A stretch of 64,000 bases of DNA from Chrysochromulina tobinii. Taxonomy: Eukaryota. This document shows positions 11,186 to 23,858 of this stretch, in pieces (position 1 is the first letter of the stretch; each line of letters starts with the position of its first letter). Both the position numbers and the translations under genes were made by a program. Where the stretch lies: contig JWZX01003320.1 of the NCBI GenBank assembly GCA_001275005.1, positions 1 to 64,000 of the forward strand, read 5' to 3'. The notes beneath the pieces are model-generated. The model saw nothing but the letters and a program-made list of their open reading frames with translations. It was not told where the DNA came from and did not search any database.

Positions 11186-13794
11186 TCAGTCCCAGCAGGA
11201 GACCGAGACCTCGCGCGCATAGATCTCGCGTATCGTCTGAAGCGTCCACGAAATCATACGGTGCATGCTCCTGGTCACGACGCGGCCTAGCACGAGCAGC
11301 TTCATTTGAGGGTAGAAGGGCAGCGACATGATCACCGCCTCCCAGCCTGCGATGCGCATGCTCGTGTTGTGCAGGTAGAGGTTCTGAATCGGCTTCGTCT
11401 CGAGAGCCTTGGCGAGGGCGACGACGCCTGCGTCGGCGACCCCCTCGTTATCAGCGAGCCAGAGCCCCGCAAGTCGGCTTAGCCCGCGCCCGCTTCGGAT
11501 CGCTTCGGTGAGTGCGAGCACGCCCACGTCGCCAAATAGGTTGTCGCCAAGCCCGAGGTACTCGAGGCGCACGCGGCAGCTGGTCGCCCGAAGACCACGT
11601 GCGAGCGCCTGCAGCCCCCCATCGGCCACCTGGCGGCGCAAGGTGAGAGGTGGATCAGCATGCAATCAACATGCAATCAGCATGCAATCTTCCTGAAATC
11701 TTCCTGAAATCTGCATGAAATCTGCATGCAATCAGATGTCCAATCGCATGTCATCTGCATGCAAACAGCGGTCAAATCTGCATGCCATCTGCATGCAAAC
11801 AGCGGTCCGATCAGCATGCACTCCGAGCCACCTGATTGCGCGCGAGCGAGAGGTGGATCAGACAGGCCAGCCCGCCGCATTCAAAGGCCCTCGCGAGGCC
11901 CTCGCAGCCCTCGTCAGCCACGTCGTTCGAGCCAAGGTTGAGGTGCAGCAGTTTCTCAAAGGAGCCTCCCTGGACAGCCACCGAGAGCGCGGCGAGCGAA
12001 TCGTTGCCCAGCTCATTGTCCACGCAGCTCAGGTGCTCGAGGATCGGGAAGAGGGTGTGCTGGTGGACAGCGCCAACGAAGCGCACAAAGCTCTCGTCGC
12101 CAAGCTGGCAGCCGTTGAGCACGAGCACCCGCAAGTTGACGAGCTGACGAGCTCGCGTTGTATTGGGCGACACAAGCGGTGGCGACGGGGCGGGCAAGTG
12201 CGCAGCAAGGCTACGGGCATCGCCGCCATTATCACTGGTAGGGCATGGAGCGCTGCCGAGTTCGTTCGTGAAGGCGAGCAGCCCCGCGTTGCCCAGTGGG
12301 TTGCGCGAGAACTCGAGCTCTGTCACGTGCGCCATGTCGCCGCACGCGTGGCACAGCAGCACCAGGTCCATGGGAGCGACACGGAGCGATCGGAAGTCGC
12401 ACACGGCGCCCTGCACGCTGCGTGCGAGGTCGGCGCCCGGGCGGCTCGGGCTCACGCGCCGGAGCACATTGATCGGAATGGCGAAGACGTGCAGCTTCAC
12501 CCACACGAGTGCGGGTGCTCCGAGCCGTATAGCTGTGCCGATGACACGAACAGCCTCGGCTGGCCAGCTGCGGCCCTTGTCCATCAGACCGCTCAGGTCG
12601 GCACCTGCGAGCCGCGGGCTGTGGAAGAGGGACCACATTGCCCCGACCAGCTGCAGCGACTCGCGTGCGTAGATGAGACGGCTCATGCGCTGGCGCTCAT
12701 CATGGTGCGTGGCGCCGTGCTCGTTATGGAAGCTTGAGGTGAGCATGTCGATGGAACGCTTCGGGGCGCCGTGCGCACGGTGACGATCAGCTGGCCGCTT
12801 GGCACACTCGTCCTCATGGCGGGTTGCCTGGCGCATCGTGCGTGCACTGAGCACGCCCACCCGCTCGCGGAGCCTCCGGAGGTCAACGGAGAGCTCGAGT
12901 AGCTTGAGAGTCTCGAGCCGCGGTAGTGTCTGGCACAGGCGGAGCGCGCACGCCCATCGCTTGCGGTGCAGCTCGCGGCCAGCCTGCGAAAGTAGGGCCG
13001 CGGGAGCCGTGAGTATTGGGGGGGGGGCGGCGGGGCGTGGAGCCCATTTCCAGGTCAGCTTGGAGGCAAGGGTTCGCGTAGGCATGTGGGAGTCGAACCT
13101 CGATGCCCAATGCCCAGTCTAAATCGAGAGTGTGCTGCATGAGCTGCCAATGCGGATCGTCAAGCGTCGCACGCGAGCGCTGGCGCCAAGCGGGCGAGAG
13201 ACCCTTGAGCGCGCGCAGCGTCGGCGCGTCACAGGCGAGCAGGCAGAGGAAAAGGGCGTCTTCATCTTCGATCGCATGCGAGGCAGCCGACGTGATGGTC
13301 ATATCGGCTGGCGGCTCCAGGATGGGCTCGTTGACGCTCGCATGCCACGCGGAGCTACGTGGAAGGAAGGCGGTTGTATCCTCCGACTGCGTCGCACCAA
13401 GAACCGACGCAAGCAGCTCTGGATCCTTGTGCACCTCACGTAGCAGCTTGGCCGTTGCGGTCGTCGCCATCTCGACAAGGCCGTCGCAATCGAGGAAGTT
13501 GGCCGCGCGCAGGACCTCATAGAACAGGTCCAGATCGATGTCCACGATGCGCGCCGTGAATTGTGCCATGTGATCGATCTCCGACGCCGCACGTTGGAGG
13601 AATGCACGATGTGCTGTGCAGCAATACTCAGCGAGCAACTCGAGCGCAGCAGCGCTAAAGGGCACAGAAAAGGAGCCGTCTTCGACCCACAGAGCCGCGT
13701 CACGGAGAAAACCTGAAAAGCGTGCTTCCTCCCCGAGGCTCACCTGGCCATCGATGCCGCGCAGGCCCAGCACGTGGCGGGGCTCGATCGGCAT
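11186..13794 (-). CDS. Skp1-like + F-box-like + RI-type LRR protein; exons 13794-13099, 12983-11832, 11629-11186
   Basis: FYEVLRAANFLDCDGLVEMA (Skp1 helix), DEDALFLCLLACDAPTLRALKGLSPAWR (F-box-like) and LxLxxNxLGD repeats. Both introns restore the frame. Confidence 0.75.
11630..11831 (-). other. Intron, 202 nt: TGCATG/TGATTGCATGC filler, with the acceptor formed by a diverged copy of the upstream exon end
   Basis: Exon end CTGATCCACCTCTCGCTCGCGCGCAATCAG|GTGGC versus intron end CTGATCCACCTCTCACCTTGCGCCGCCAG|GTGGC. Confidence 0.8.
12984..13098 (-). other. Ordinary GT-AG intron, 115 nt, with no filler or duplication
   Basis: GAG|GTTCGA...CTTTCGCAG|GCT reconciles two overlapping ORFs. Confidence 0.7.
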
Positions 13795-14340
13795 GTGATT
13801 CTGACGTGTTTTTTGTGCGCGAGCTCCGGCCCGTCCGCCTGCTCGAAAATCGCCGTTGCGAACGGAAGTCATCAGTCATCAGGGTGATTGTACGGAATTG
13901 ACCGCTCGCTTTCTGGCGCCACGTGGCGCGGGGATCTGAACCTTACTCACACGGGTCCCACGGGTCTTCGACACACACGACGACACTGTCACTGATCCTG
14001 GTGGGATGTGCCACGTGCGCCAGGGACGATATTTCGCGGGGCGGGCCGCGGGGGCGGCCAGCTCAGGTCACAGCGCAGTTACGAGTTGCGGTCCCCACCC
14101 ATGGGACCCCCCGCGCTATTCGGGGTTCCGCTCAGGTTCTCACGTTCACGTTTGAAGTTTGCCATCACGGCAAGACGCACAACCATCAACCACCGGTCCC
14201 GTGGAGACACACCGCGGTACGTGGTTGCGGCCCTGTCCCTCGAACGGCGTAAGATTGGGTCCACTCAAGGTGGGGTTGGGCTCACAAGGCTTAGTGTCGT
14301 ACATTGCGTAGTAGTCGTGTGTTCGTCTTCTGCTTTCATC

Positions 14341-14991
14341 TCAGTCACGATCTTTTTCCTCACGAGGAGATGCTCTCGTGGTCTGCATGCAGATTTGGTC
14401 CAGCTGCTTGCCGTACTTTTCCAGATGGCCTTCAATCTTGCCAAGTCGGACGGGTACATCGCTCCCACTGTACATGGCGTTCAGCACGCCATGGACGTGC
14501 TCGAGCCAGAAATACTTGCCCCACCACTGCTTCGAGGCCCATGCGAGGACGTCGAAAGAGTCGACATCACCGTCCTTGTCCATGTCTAACCCAAGGCGAT
14601 GGCCAATAATCTGCGCGGCCTGCGAAGTCAAGAAGAACCACAGCCAAATAGAAAGCACGCTGCAAATTGGGTAAAGGGCAAAGGCAGCCAGCACGCCCAT
14701 GAGGGCGGCGAAGCCGATGAGCACGATAGCGGGCCCAATGTAAATCGTGAGAAGCGTACAGACCAGCACGGTGGTCCTCGAGACGTGCCCGACTCCAAGA
14801 AACGCGAGCAAGATGGCCACGCAGTACAACAAGTTGCAGATCGTCGAGAGGATGGTGATAGTCGCCTGCTTCTCGAGTTGAAAGCCGGTGAGCAAATACA
14901 CGTACAAGCGATACTTTGGCGTATTAATTGCCTCGAATATCATCGAGCCGAGCTGATTTACCAGCGAATCATCGCTAGGCTGCTCCATCAT
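14341..14991 (-). CDS. Multi-pass membrane protein with an EF-hand-like loop
   Basis: Several hydrophobic segments followed by DMDKDGDVDSFD. Start codon uncertain. Confidence 0.65.
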   Translation of the reverse strand: MMEQPSDDSLVNQLGSMIFEAINTPKYRLYVYLLTGFQLEKQATITILSTICNLLYCVAILLAFLGVGHVSRTTVLVCTLLTIYIGPAIVLIGFAALMGVLAAFALYPICSVLSIWLWFFLTSQAAQIIGHRLGLDMDKDGDVDSFDVLAWASKQWWGKYFWLEHVHGVLNAMYSGSDVPVRLGKIEGHLEKYGKQLDQICMQTTRASPREEKDRD

Positions 14992-15319
14992 AGAAGCATT
15001 TGCGCTCTCCTCCTTTGTTTGTAGCTTGCGTTTGGCGTCGACCGTGAGGCACCTGTGAACAGGATTCGATGTGGTGAAGCCATGCCTCGCGAGCTGTGCA
15101 TGCGCTTCTGCACGCACGAGAAAAGCAGCAGCGTGGCGACGACGGGAAGGGCCCGCTGCATCGCCAGGAATGGGTTTCGTCCTACTCTCGCCAAGTGCCT
15201 TCGTCATCACGAAACCATTCAAGGCTCATATCGCTTCGCTAAAATCGCGCTGCCGCGGGCGCGCGCCGCTTTTCACATGTGCGAGTGCGGTTCTGTCGGC
15301 GTCAAGCCCAAGCGCGCGG

Positions 15320-16754
15320 ATGGTGAGTCCTATATGTTCGTCACTGTGGCCAGTCGCGGGGCTCTCCATACTCTCGATGCTCTGCGTGACCGTCTTCTGG
15401 CAGCCACTGAACGATAGTGCTGGCGGCACGTACCAAGGCCGGGGCTTGCGAGCGCGAGCACGCTCCCTCGCGACTGTTGAGGGCGAAGAAGATCAGGAGA
15501 GCGGCGATCAGCACCTTCTGCCGCTGTCCGAGTCGCTCGTCGCAATCGACGGTAGTTGGCGCGCATGGGACTGGGCCCGCCCAATCGGTGCTGCGCCTGC
15601 CTGCGCGTGGGCCACGCTCGCGCCGCCAGCAGCAAGCGGGAGGGAGCCTATCAACGGCTCCATCTGCCTCCGAGATGGAGCCGACCTGATGGCGGACGCG
15701 ATCCGCAAATACGGCTTCTGGCCCGAGTGCGCCGACCTGCCGGAGATGCTCGAGCACACGACGGGCAGGAGGACGGCCGGCGCTCTGTTCGTCGACGCGG
15801 GCGCCAACATCGGTGCATGCAGCTTGCATATGCTGCTCGCGTCGGAGGCGTCGGTCATCTCGTTCGAGCCAGGTGCGAGCAACCTCTTCTACGCGTCGTC
15901 GTCGCTGCTCCGGCTGCACGAGCAGGGCACGATCGCGGCCACCGCGCGCGCCGCGCTCGTGCCGCTGGGCCTCGGGCGCAACGCCTCAGGCCAGCTGCTG
16001 CACCAAGCCATCGGCAATGCCGGTCATGCGGTCATTGGGCACAAGCCGGTGCAGTTTGCACCGCTCGGGCACCTGTCGCCACAGGCGGTGCGCATCGAGC
16101 GGCTCGATGACGTGCTCTGGCCGGTGAGCCAACGCTCCGAGCCGCCGCCACCGATTCACCTTCTAAAGCTCGATGTAGAAGGCTTCGAGTGTGAGGTGCT
16201 CCGAGGCATGAGTAGCCTGCTGGCTGCGGGTGCGGTGCGCGCGATCAAGGTGGAGGTGTTCGACATGCTGCTGCGACTGCAGGGCTGCTCGGCTGCCGAG
16301 CTGCTCGGCATGTTGCTGGCTGCCGGCTTTGAGGTGCGACTGTTGGCCGAAGGGACGCCTCCCTGATGGCCTCTGATTGCACCTGATGACTCCCCTGATT
16401 GCCTCCCTCATCATCTCGCAGGTGCGACTGTTGGCCGAAGGGACGCCTCCCACCGCCAACACGGGCAGCAGCAGCGGCAGCAGTAGTAGCAGCGGCAGCG
16501 GCGGCAGCACCCTACCGATGACTGCGGCGCCGCTGCTCAGCCCGCAGCAGCTTCCACAGCAGCAGCAGCCGTCTAATCTCTGGTGCGTGCTCAAGCGGCC
16601 GCTCCCGCCGCCGACGCCGCCCGCTACGGCGCTCGACGATCTCGACGGCTCGTTCCGGAGGACTCGCCGGCGCGGTGCACATCGCTTCCGGTCTCGGCGA
16701 TTGATGGACACGAAGAAATCAGCAGGGAAGCCTGAGCACCGAGCGGCTCCGTGA
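15320..16754 (+). CDS. FkbM-family methyltransferase with N-terminal membrane anchor; exons about 15320-16333, 16422-16754
   Basis: FVDAGANIG, SFEP and LLKLDVEGFE motifs. Start codon uncertain. Confidence 0.8.
16334..16421 (+). other. Intron, 88 nt: perfect 30-nt copy of the downstream exon start plus module A
   Basis: GTGCGACTGTTGGCCGAAGGGACGCCTCCC occurs at 16334-16363 and 16422-16451. The filler ends TGATTGCCTCCCTCATCATCTCGCAG. Confidence 0.85.
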
Positions 16755-17161
16755 ACGACTGACCATGAGGCCGCGCCACAGGGCACATTGTCTGATCCGG
16801 CGACGTGTCTGGCAGCGGTCATTGATCATCTCTGTACGGGGTAGCGGGTACTGCTTAACTCTAGGTCCGCAGGGACCGCCCGAGTCCAGCGGCCTGCAAA
16901 GTCCAAAGATAGCAAGAGCGCCGTTATCTTGCGTGTCGCGGGCAGGCGTCTCGGTTACGTAACTCGTACGTGGTAAGTCGCATGTGTACGTGTGCAAAAT
17001 GTTGAACACGCCGCTGAATGCAGCGCGGTCCTGGTGCCGGCCGACCACGTCTCTCCACCAGGCAACACCGCGCGCACCGGCGCGTTACTGTACCGTGTAC
17101 GGCTCCTGAGAACGTAAACACACCCGTACTAGGTTCTTGTAGGCCCTCTCGAGAGCACTCT

Positions 17162-18487
17162 TCAGGCGCCAATTTTGTGAACCATGTTCTCCTTGTGGAT
17201 GAGGTGGCACGCGCCCTCAAGCTTGGTGAGCAGCGTGCCGATGTCGCTCGACCAGTCGTTGAGCAACGCGTTCGCCGTCTTGGGCCGCTGGAAGGTGACG
17301 ATTCCTCGAGGGCGATCGATGCGCGCATACACCTGCTTTTTGGTGACCATCTCGCAGAGCTGCTCCTCCATCAGCGCGAGCGGCAGCTCGAGGTGCTCGC
17401 CGAGCCGCTTCATCGTGATCCGCGCATAGTACTTGGCGATCACCTCGATGTTGTGCTCGGTCACACGCTTGTGGAAGGTACTCAGCATGAGCTCCACCTC
17501 CTTCGCATCAAAGGTGCCCAGCTTCTCGAGCTCCGTCTGCAGCGCGGCCTTCACCTCCCCGAAGGCGAAGACCTCCTTGGTCGTGAAGAGGCGCACGAGC
17601 TCCTTATACATCGGCAGCTCCGCCAGCTGTGGAATCTTGGCCAGACCGTGCATTTGCTCATTCTGCTCGTTGCCGTATGCAGAGAGCATCAGGTAGATGC
17701 ACTGCAGCTTGAGGTTACGCGAGCGCCCGGCCTCGTCCTCCATGAGCGACTTGGCGCCCCACATGGCCTGGTACGCGCGGAAGATCTCCAGCCACGTGTG
17801 CGAGTGGCTATGGTAGCGCACCACGTGCGTGTAATATGTCAGCTTCAGGTCCTCGAGCTCCTCGTCGTTGAAGACCTTGACGTTGATCTTCTTGGACATG
17901 ATGTTGGCGCGGATGAAGTCGCCCGTCTCGAGGCATAGGCGCACCTGCTCGAGTATGAAGGCCGTCTTCTCGCGCTTGCCCATGCCGCCGAGCGTCTCTA
18001 CCACCGTCTCTATCATGATCTTGCGCGCCTCGAGAAGATCGCCCTTAGCCTCAAGAAGGCCTGCCAGCGTCTTGGTCAGCCGCGCGCGCTCCACCTCGAC
18101 GAACATCTTGCCCTCCGACACGGCGCGCAGCGTCTCGATGAGCGCGAGCTTCTCGGCGACGCTGAAACCCTCGAGATACTCCATCGCCTTGCGTACCATC
18201 GCCCCCACAGCTTCCTTGATCTGTGCACGCCGCTTCGCCAGCATCGTGATCGTCTCGTTCAGCCGCGGATAGTCTTTGGCCTCGAAGCAGAACTCGACCA
18301 TCGCGACACACAGCTCGGTGGTCCCGCTGATGTCTCCACTCAGGCGCGCCGTCTTCTCATGCTGCAGCAGATTGGCGATCGCGCCCTCGACCTGGCCGCT
18401 CTTTGCAAGCGCGCGCTGCTCGGCGATCGGCCCGGCGTAGCTGACGCTCGGACCTTTGTTGACTTTGATGGCGACGGCATCTGCCAT
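17162..18487 (-). CDS. RPN5: 26S proteasome lid subunit RPN5/PSMD12 (PCI domain), intronless
   Basis: EGKMFVEVERARLT, FILEQVRLCL, RVTEHNIEVIAKYYARI, ARIDRPRGIV, HLIHKE. Confidence 0.95.
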   Translation of the reverse strand: MADAVAIKVNKGPSVSYAGPIAEQRALAKSGQVEGAIANLLQHEKTARLSGDISGTTELCVAMVEFCFEAKDYPRLNETITMLAKRRAQIKEAVGAMVRKAMEYLEGFSVAEKLALIETLRAVSEGKMFVEVERARLTKTLAGLLEAKGDLLEARKIMIETVVETLGGMGKREKTAFILEQVRLCLETGDFIRANIMSKKINVKVFNDEELEDLKLTYYTHVVRYHSHSHTWLEIFRAYQAMWGAKSLMEDEAGRSRNLKLQCIYLMLSAYGNEQNEQMHGLAKIPQLAELPMYKELVRLFTTKEVFAFGEVKAALQTELEKLGTFDAKEVELMLSTFHKRVTEHNIEVIAKYYARITMKRLGEHLELPLALMEEQLCEMVTKKQVYARIDRPRGIVTFQRPKTANALLNDWSSDIGTLLTKLEGACHLIHKENMVHKIGA

Positions 18488-18882
18488 GGCGATGCGGTGG
18501 CAGCAGCGGCAAGCCTGCGAGAGCGGACATGTGCAAGTGCGCAGCCAGTGAGCAGCAGGAAGCAGCTGTGAGGTGTGTGTGCCAGCAGTGCAGCGCGCGA
18601 GTGGAGACTGCAGCGGCTGCGGCGGTTGCAGTACGACCGCTAGTGCACAGACGACACTGCGCTTTTGCGGCGGCAGGCAGGCGCGCGTCGGTGGAGCGAG
18701 AGCAAGCTCGGCGGCGGCGCGCAGCCTCACCGAAAGCGCCCCGAAGGCCGTTCTTTCACACGAACAATGCGGTGCGCAGTGTGAAGCTCTAGACAACGGA
18801 AAAGAGTACATGGCCTGTCGCGGCTGTCGTGTCCCTTCCGTTCATCTGTATACGCGCGTGAACGTTTCACTACGTCGCGTAT

Positions 18883-20424
18883 CTATAGTCCCCGATCCGG
18901 TTCCCAAGGGTAGCGGCGGCAGATGGCGCTGAAGAAGGTTGTATTGCATGAGAATGCAACCGGAACGGTTTGATTTCGACGTTTGCCCTCATTCGCCTTC
19001 GCCTGGCTTTCGTTCCGATCGCAACTGCCGTACATGGGTTGTGTCGTCACTGCCCCCCATTGTAGCTCGGCGGAGGTTGCCGTCGGATCGCTTTGATTCT
19101 TCTTCGCGAGCTCGTGCATCCACCATCGTGGCGCGGGTCGAAGTCTTGGCATTACAGGAGGTGGCTCCGCAAAGAGTGCTGGCCGCTTCATGCGCCAAAG
19201 AATTGGCTCTCGGTTGTACGCCGTGAATCTCGACGCGGCCCATCCGAGGGAACGCTGATTTGTGCAATTGCAAATATCCATGCGCATCAACCTGAACGAG
19301 AAGGCCGAGTCTAGGAAGTTGATCGGGCCGAGCACGTACAGGTCGCCGTCTGCCGTCGGCGGAAAGATGGCCGCCGGGTGGTCTTCCACGCGCGGGCCGT
19401 ACGCCGTAGATGGCAGCACCAGACGAGGCTTCGACCAAACGATGCCGTCCTCGCTGGTGGTCAGGTAGATGCCACTTCTGTCGCTCAGCACGCCTGGAAA
19501 CAGGCCAACCAATCGGCCCTCGATGACCTGCACGTTGAGGTAGTAGATGTTGTCATCGTTTACGTCACCAGCCGTGACGCCGGCAATCTTCAGCACCCGC
19601 CACGTGGACCACTGCTGAAAGTCAGGGCTTGTGGACACCTGCACGTGCCGCGAGCCGCCACGCGGACTGAGGTTTGCCCGTGCAAAGAACCAAACCAAAG
19701 ACTTCCAGTAGACGACCGAGAATTTGCCGTCAAAGACGCAGGCTGCCCGTTTCGTTCCAGGAAATGGGGCGATCCACTGCCGCTTTTCGACGCAACGAGT
19801 CGCGTTCAGCAGCACGCCGTTGAAGATCAATCGTGGTAACGTGAACGACTCGCCCTTGCGCATGGAGGTATGCAGCGTCCCAGGCTGATGGTCGGCGTCG
19901 TTCTTTGGATTGTGCTGCCCGCCAAATACATGCAGCGTGTCATTCACGCAGACCAGCGCTGTATTGTGCGACATGTGCAGTTCGATCGGGAGCAGCAAGT
20001 GAGGCGCGTCGAATGCACCCGATGGAAGCCGTCGGCGGATGAGGGTGGCCCAGCACGGCATTTCAGAGAGGTCGTAGGCCCTCTTGTTGCCCAGCTGCGC
20101 ACGCGTGGTGAGGTACGTCTCACCAAAGCACGTGGTCATGTCTGCGAACCGCTCGCTCCAATGCATCGACTTCCAGTGCGATGAATTCAACGACTCCACC
20201 ATTGTCTCACACCACGAAGGCACGTGCAGCACCGTCGCAGGTGGTGGCAGCGCTGTGGACAAGGGCTGCTGGCATGCTGGGTATACATATGTGTTCGCAC
20301 GCATTGTTGGAAGTGATCCGCCCTGCAAGTCAGTCCACTCAGCGCTATCAGCTCTCGGGAAGGCAGACCCAGGCTCAAACCGCAGTAACAGGAGCCAGCA
20401 GGAGGCCAACACTGCACGTCGCAT
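18883..20424 (-). CDS. Secreted hypothetical protein, possibly a beta-propeller glycosidase-like fold
   Basis: Signal-like MRRAVLASCWLLLL, and Asp-box-like segments STSPDFQQWS and TTSEDGIVWS. Confidence 0.55.
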   Translation of the reverse strand: MRRAVLASCWLLLLRFEPGSAFPRADSAEWTDLQGGSLPTMRANTYVYPACQQPLSTALPPPATVLHVPSWCETMVESLNSSHWKSMHWSERFADMTTCFGETYLTTRAQLGNKRAYDLSEMPCWATLIRRRLPSGAFDAPHLLLPIELHMSHNTALVCVNDTLHVFGGQHNPKNDADHQPGTLHTSMRKGESFTLPRLIFNGVLLNATRCVEKRQWIAPFPGTKRAACVFDGKFSVVYWKSLVWFFARANLSPRGGSRHVQVSTSPDFQQWSTWRVLKIAGVTAGDVNDDNIYYLNVQVIEGRLVGLFPGVLSDRSGIYLTTSEDGIVWSKPRLVLPSTAYGPRVEDHPAAIFPPTADGDLYVLGPINFLDSAFSFRLMRMDICNCTNQRSLGWAASRFTAYNREPILWRMKRPALFAEPPPVMPRLRPAPRWWMHELAKKNQSDPTATSAELQWGAVTTQPMYGSCDRNESQAKANEGKRRNQTVPVAFSCNTTFFSAICRRYPWEPDRGL

Positions 20425-20767
20425 GCAGGCGCAGCCGTCGGTAGACTCTCGTGTGTGCGCGGGGCCTCGAGCCATCCAGCACCCTGGCCCTTGGAAGCGT
20501 AACGCGGCGCGTGTGTCGCCAGAGAGAAAACACCGCAGGCTTCCAGTCACGCCGCCCGGGACGGCGGAACGCTCCAGGTGCATACAGTGCGAACTTGAGC
20601 GTCGAGGGAAAGGTCTTTGACGAAGTCCGAACGCCGAACTCATACCATTTTCTTCTAGATGACGTGGTGAACGGTCAATCGTGGGTTCGCGGTGTGTTTC
20701 CGCGCGGGAATTCCAAGCGCTTTGGTGCGGTGCGCTTTCCTGTGGTCGTGATCCCTTTTAGAGCTCG

Positions 20768-22145
20768 ATGCAGGCGGCTCGGCACATGAAGGAGCTCGAG
20801 GCCTCGAACGGCATCATCCAAATCGGCGACAGCGATCGGCGCGTGAGAAAGCCCAAGGCTATGCTGGACGCGAGCGACGAGCGGCCGCAATTTTCCTCCC
20901 GCAAGCCGCCCCCAGCACCAGCACCACCAGCACCACCAGCACCACAAGCACCAGCACCAGCGCCAGCACCAGCGCCAGCACCAGCACCACCACCACCCCC
21001 CATCGCCAACAACAACGAAGACCCGCCGTCTCATCCCAACCTAGCGAACACTTCTACTGCGCCACGTCGCCGGCCGCCGAAGCGTGATCGAGAGGACGCT
21101 TCCGCTCCCGCGGCGAAGGGCGTCTGCCGCATGGGTACCGACGAGGCGTCGCGCTGGCAGCCACGCTCGCAGCCGCTCGCGCTGCTCGCAGCCCTCGACG
21201 CCCTCGACGGCTCGTGCGCGCCATCGGTGGTGCACCTTCCATCGCCCAAGACGCCTGAGTATTTAGATGCGCTGGAGGTTCCGAACCTGCCGCTCGCGAG
21301 CGCGTTCGCGGGACTGCCGGTGCTGATGGCGGAGGCGACGGAACCGCTGGTAGAGACGGGCGTGGTGCCGGTGCCGGGTGAGCTAGTAAATGAGAGGGAC
21401 GGCGCCGCTGCGGACGCGATAGCGGATGGCGAGGGCGAGGCGGTGGATGCGGAGGGTGGGCGTGCGTGGCTGCTGGCGTCGTCGTGGGCGCCGTCGGAGG
21501 CCCAGATGGGTGCGGCCGCCTCGCTGCCCTCGGCGCTCGCGATGCCGCCGCTGCTCTGCGATCAGTTTTCGGAGGAGCCGCCGACGAGCACAGCTCTCTT
21601 CACAGCTCTTGAGGCTCCACCGAGCTTCTTCACGGCGCCTGCCTATTTTGGAGCGCCGTCTCGAGCGCATTCGAGCTTCTTCGCGGCGGCTGCGGCCGCC
21701 ACACCCGCCGAGCTGGCCTGTGGAGAGACGTTACGATGGGACGAGGACGACGAGGACGAGGAGGAGGAGGACGACGACGAGGCGGCGGCGCTGCCGATCA
21801 ACTTTTTGGTGGGCGACCCAATGGATCCGCCGCCCCCGCCCCTGCCGCCGACGTCCTCCGTTGCCCTCTCCCAGCTCCAGCTCTCCCCAGCGCAGCTCGC
21901 GACGGCGCTCTTGGCCCCGGGCTCGCTCAACGTGCTCGCGACGGCGCTCTCGGCGACCACGCCCGCGCCGCCACCGGCCATGACCACCGCGGCCGCCGCG
22001 GCTGCCGCGGCCGCCGCCGCGTACGCCGCCATGTCCGACGGTCGCCCTCGTGCCCCCGTGCTGCCATCGCGGCTCTGCACTCCGGCGAGCACAGGCACGA
22101 CCAAGCGGATAGGCGCGAGCGCCGACACAAGCGCCGCCGCCATGT

Positions 22146-22188
<43 letters not shown>

Positions 22189-23794
22189 AAAGCCTCGTGC
22201 CACCGGGGGCATCGCGCCGCCGTTGCCGCTCTGGCCGCTGACCGCGCCGCCGGTCGGCGCGTCGCCCCCGTCGCCATCGGCGGAAGAGGCGTCGCTCAAT
22301 ACGGCGCCCCCTTCGGGTGGCTCCCCGCTCAATACGGCGCTCGTCGATGGCTCGGGCGTGCCGCGATCTGTGCCCGGAGGCGGCGCTCATCACGGCGCCG
22401 CACGCCGTCCCAGCAGCATCTCCGCCAGTGCCGTGGTGTTCGCCGCTTCGCCCGACTCGGATGCCGCCATGTCCGCCGCGACGACGCGCCCGGCGAGCCC
22501 CCCCGGGGGGCGCCCGGCGAGTCCCCCCGGGGGGCGCCCGGCGAGTCCCCCGGGGGGATGGTGGCCTGGCACCGCCTCGCCACCGCCGCCCCTGCCGCTG
22601 CCGGCGTGGTCGCTGCCTTCGGTCGAGCAGTCCGACTCGACCCTAACATGGCAGCAGCCCGACGCGACCCTAACATGGCAGCAACAGCAACCCGACGCGA
22701 CCGCGCCGCCGCCGCGGCCCGAGGCGGCGGGTGGCCGCGAGGCGGCGGTGCGCAACCTGGCCGAGCGCAAGGAGTGGACGGAGGCAGAGGACGAGCTCAT
22801 CCTCGCCTCGGTCGAAAAGTACGGCTCCAAGTGGCGCAAGATCGCCGAGCTGCTTCCCGGCCGGTCCGACGACGCCGTGCGCAACCGATGCAATCGGCTC
22901 CGTGAGACGGGGGGGCGCCCACCGCGGCGCCCACTGCCCGTCCGCCCCGCCCGCTCTGATGCCGATCGCCACGACGGCGCGCGCCGTCGCAGGCGACGGG
23001 CCGCGCCGTACCCGCAGCCTGAGGGCGGGCAGAGCGTCGCTGGTCTGGGCATGGGGGGTGGCATGGGGGGTGGCCCGGAGGTGGGCATGGGCAGCGGCAG
23101 CGGGCTGGGGACCTTCCCGTCCATGCTCTCCATGTCCGGCTGGCTGAGTACCGGTCTCATCGGCGGTCCGGCCGACGACGGCGGAGAACGCGATCTCGAT
23201 CTCGCCGCGGAGCTCTCACGCCTCGCCGCCGCCGCTGCCGCGGGCCCCGCAGGCATCCCTACGATGGCAGGCATCCCTCCGCACGATCTCATCACGCTGC
23301 CGGTGCTGTCGGCCACCGAGCCAGCCGGCGCGCCCCGTCGCCGCCGCCGACCCCCCGGAACGAGCCGCAAGCGGTTGGCAACAGGGGGTCGCCCAATTAA
23401 GGCAACTGTGGAGCGATCAATTAAGGCAATAGGGGAGCACTGGCAGCCTTCCAGAAGACTTCCAGAGGACGCGAGCGGCGCCGCCGCCGTCGGCGACGCC
23501 GTCACCGGGCCCATCAGCGGCGGCGGCAGCGGCGCCGTCTCCGGCACCGGCGCCGGCACTGGCGATGGCGAGGAGGACGTCGCGGCCGAAGTGAGCGACG
23601 ACGGCGGCGACGAGGACGGCAGCGGCGATAAAAGGGAGAGGCTCGTGTGGTCGCGTGCCGAGGACGACCTCATCATTTCCGGCGTGGCGCAGCGTGGCAA
23701 TCGGTGGAACGAGATCGCTCGCAAACTCCCTGGGCGCACCGATCACGCGATCCGCAACAGATGGCATCGGCTACAGATGATCGGCTGTGCCTGA
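20768..23794 (+). CDS. Myb transcription factor with two widely separated Myb repeats
   Basis: WTEAEDELI...GRSDDAVRNRC (about 22770-22900) and WSRAEDDLI...GRTDHAIRNRW (about 23645-23775). Confidence 0.85.
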
Positions 23795-23858
23795 CGCGGC
23801 GCCGTGTGACGCGCCTGCCGTGTCGGGCACGCCGCCTCGCGGACACGCCGCCGTCCAA

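Noticed and set aside
13017..13030. G-run as a programmed or slippage frameshift
   Set aside because: It lies inside intron 12984-13098.
2415..16421. Treating the stop/frameshift breaks in the methyltransferase, pepN, LRR and FkbM genes as pseudogenes
   Set aside because: Each break is removed by a GT-AG intron that restores frame and domain continuity.
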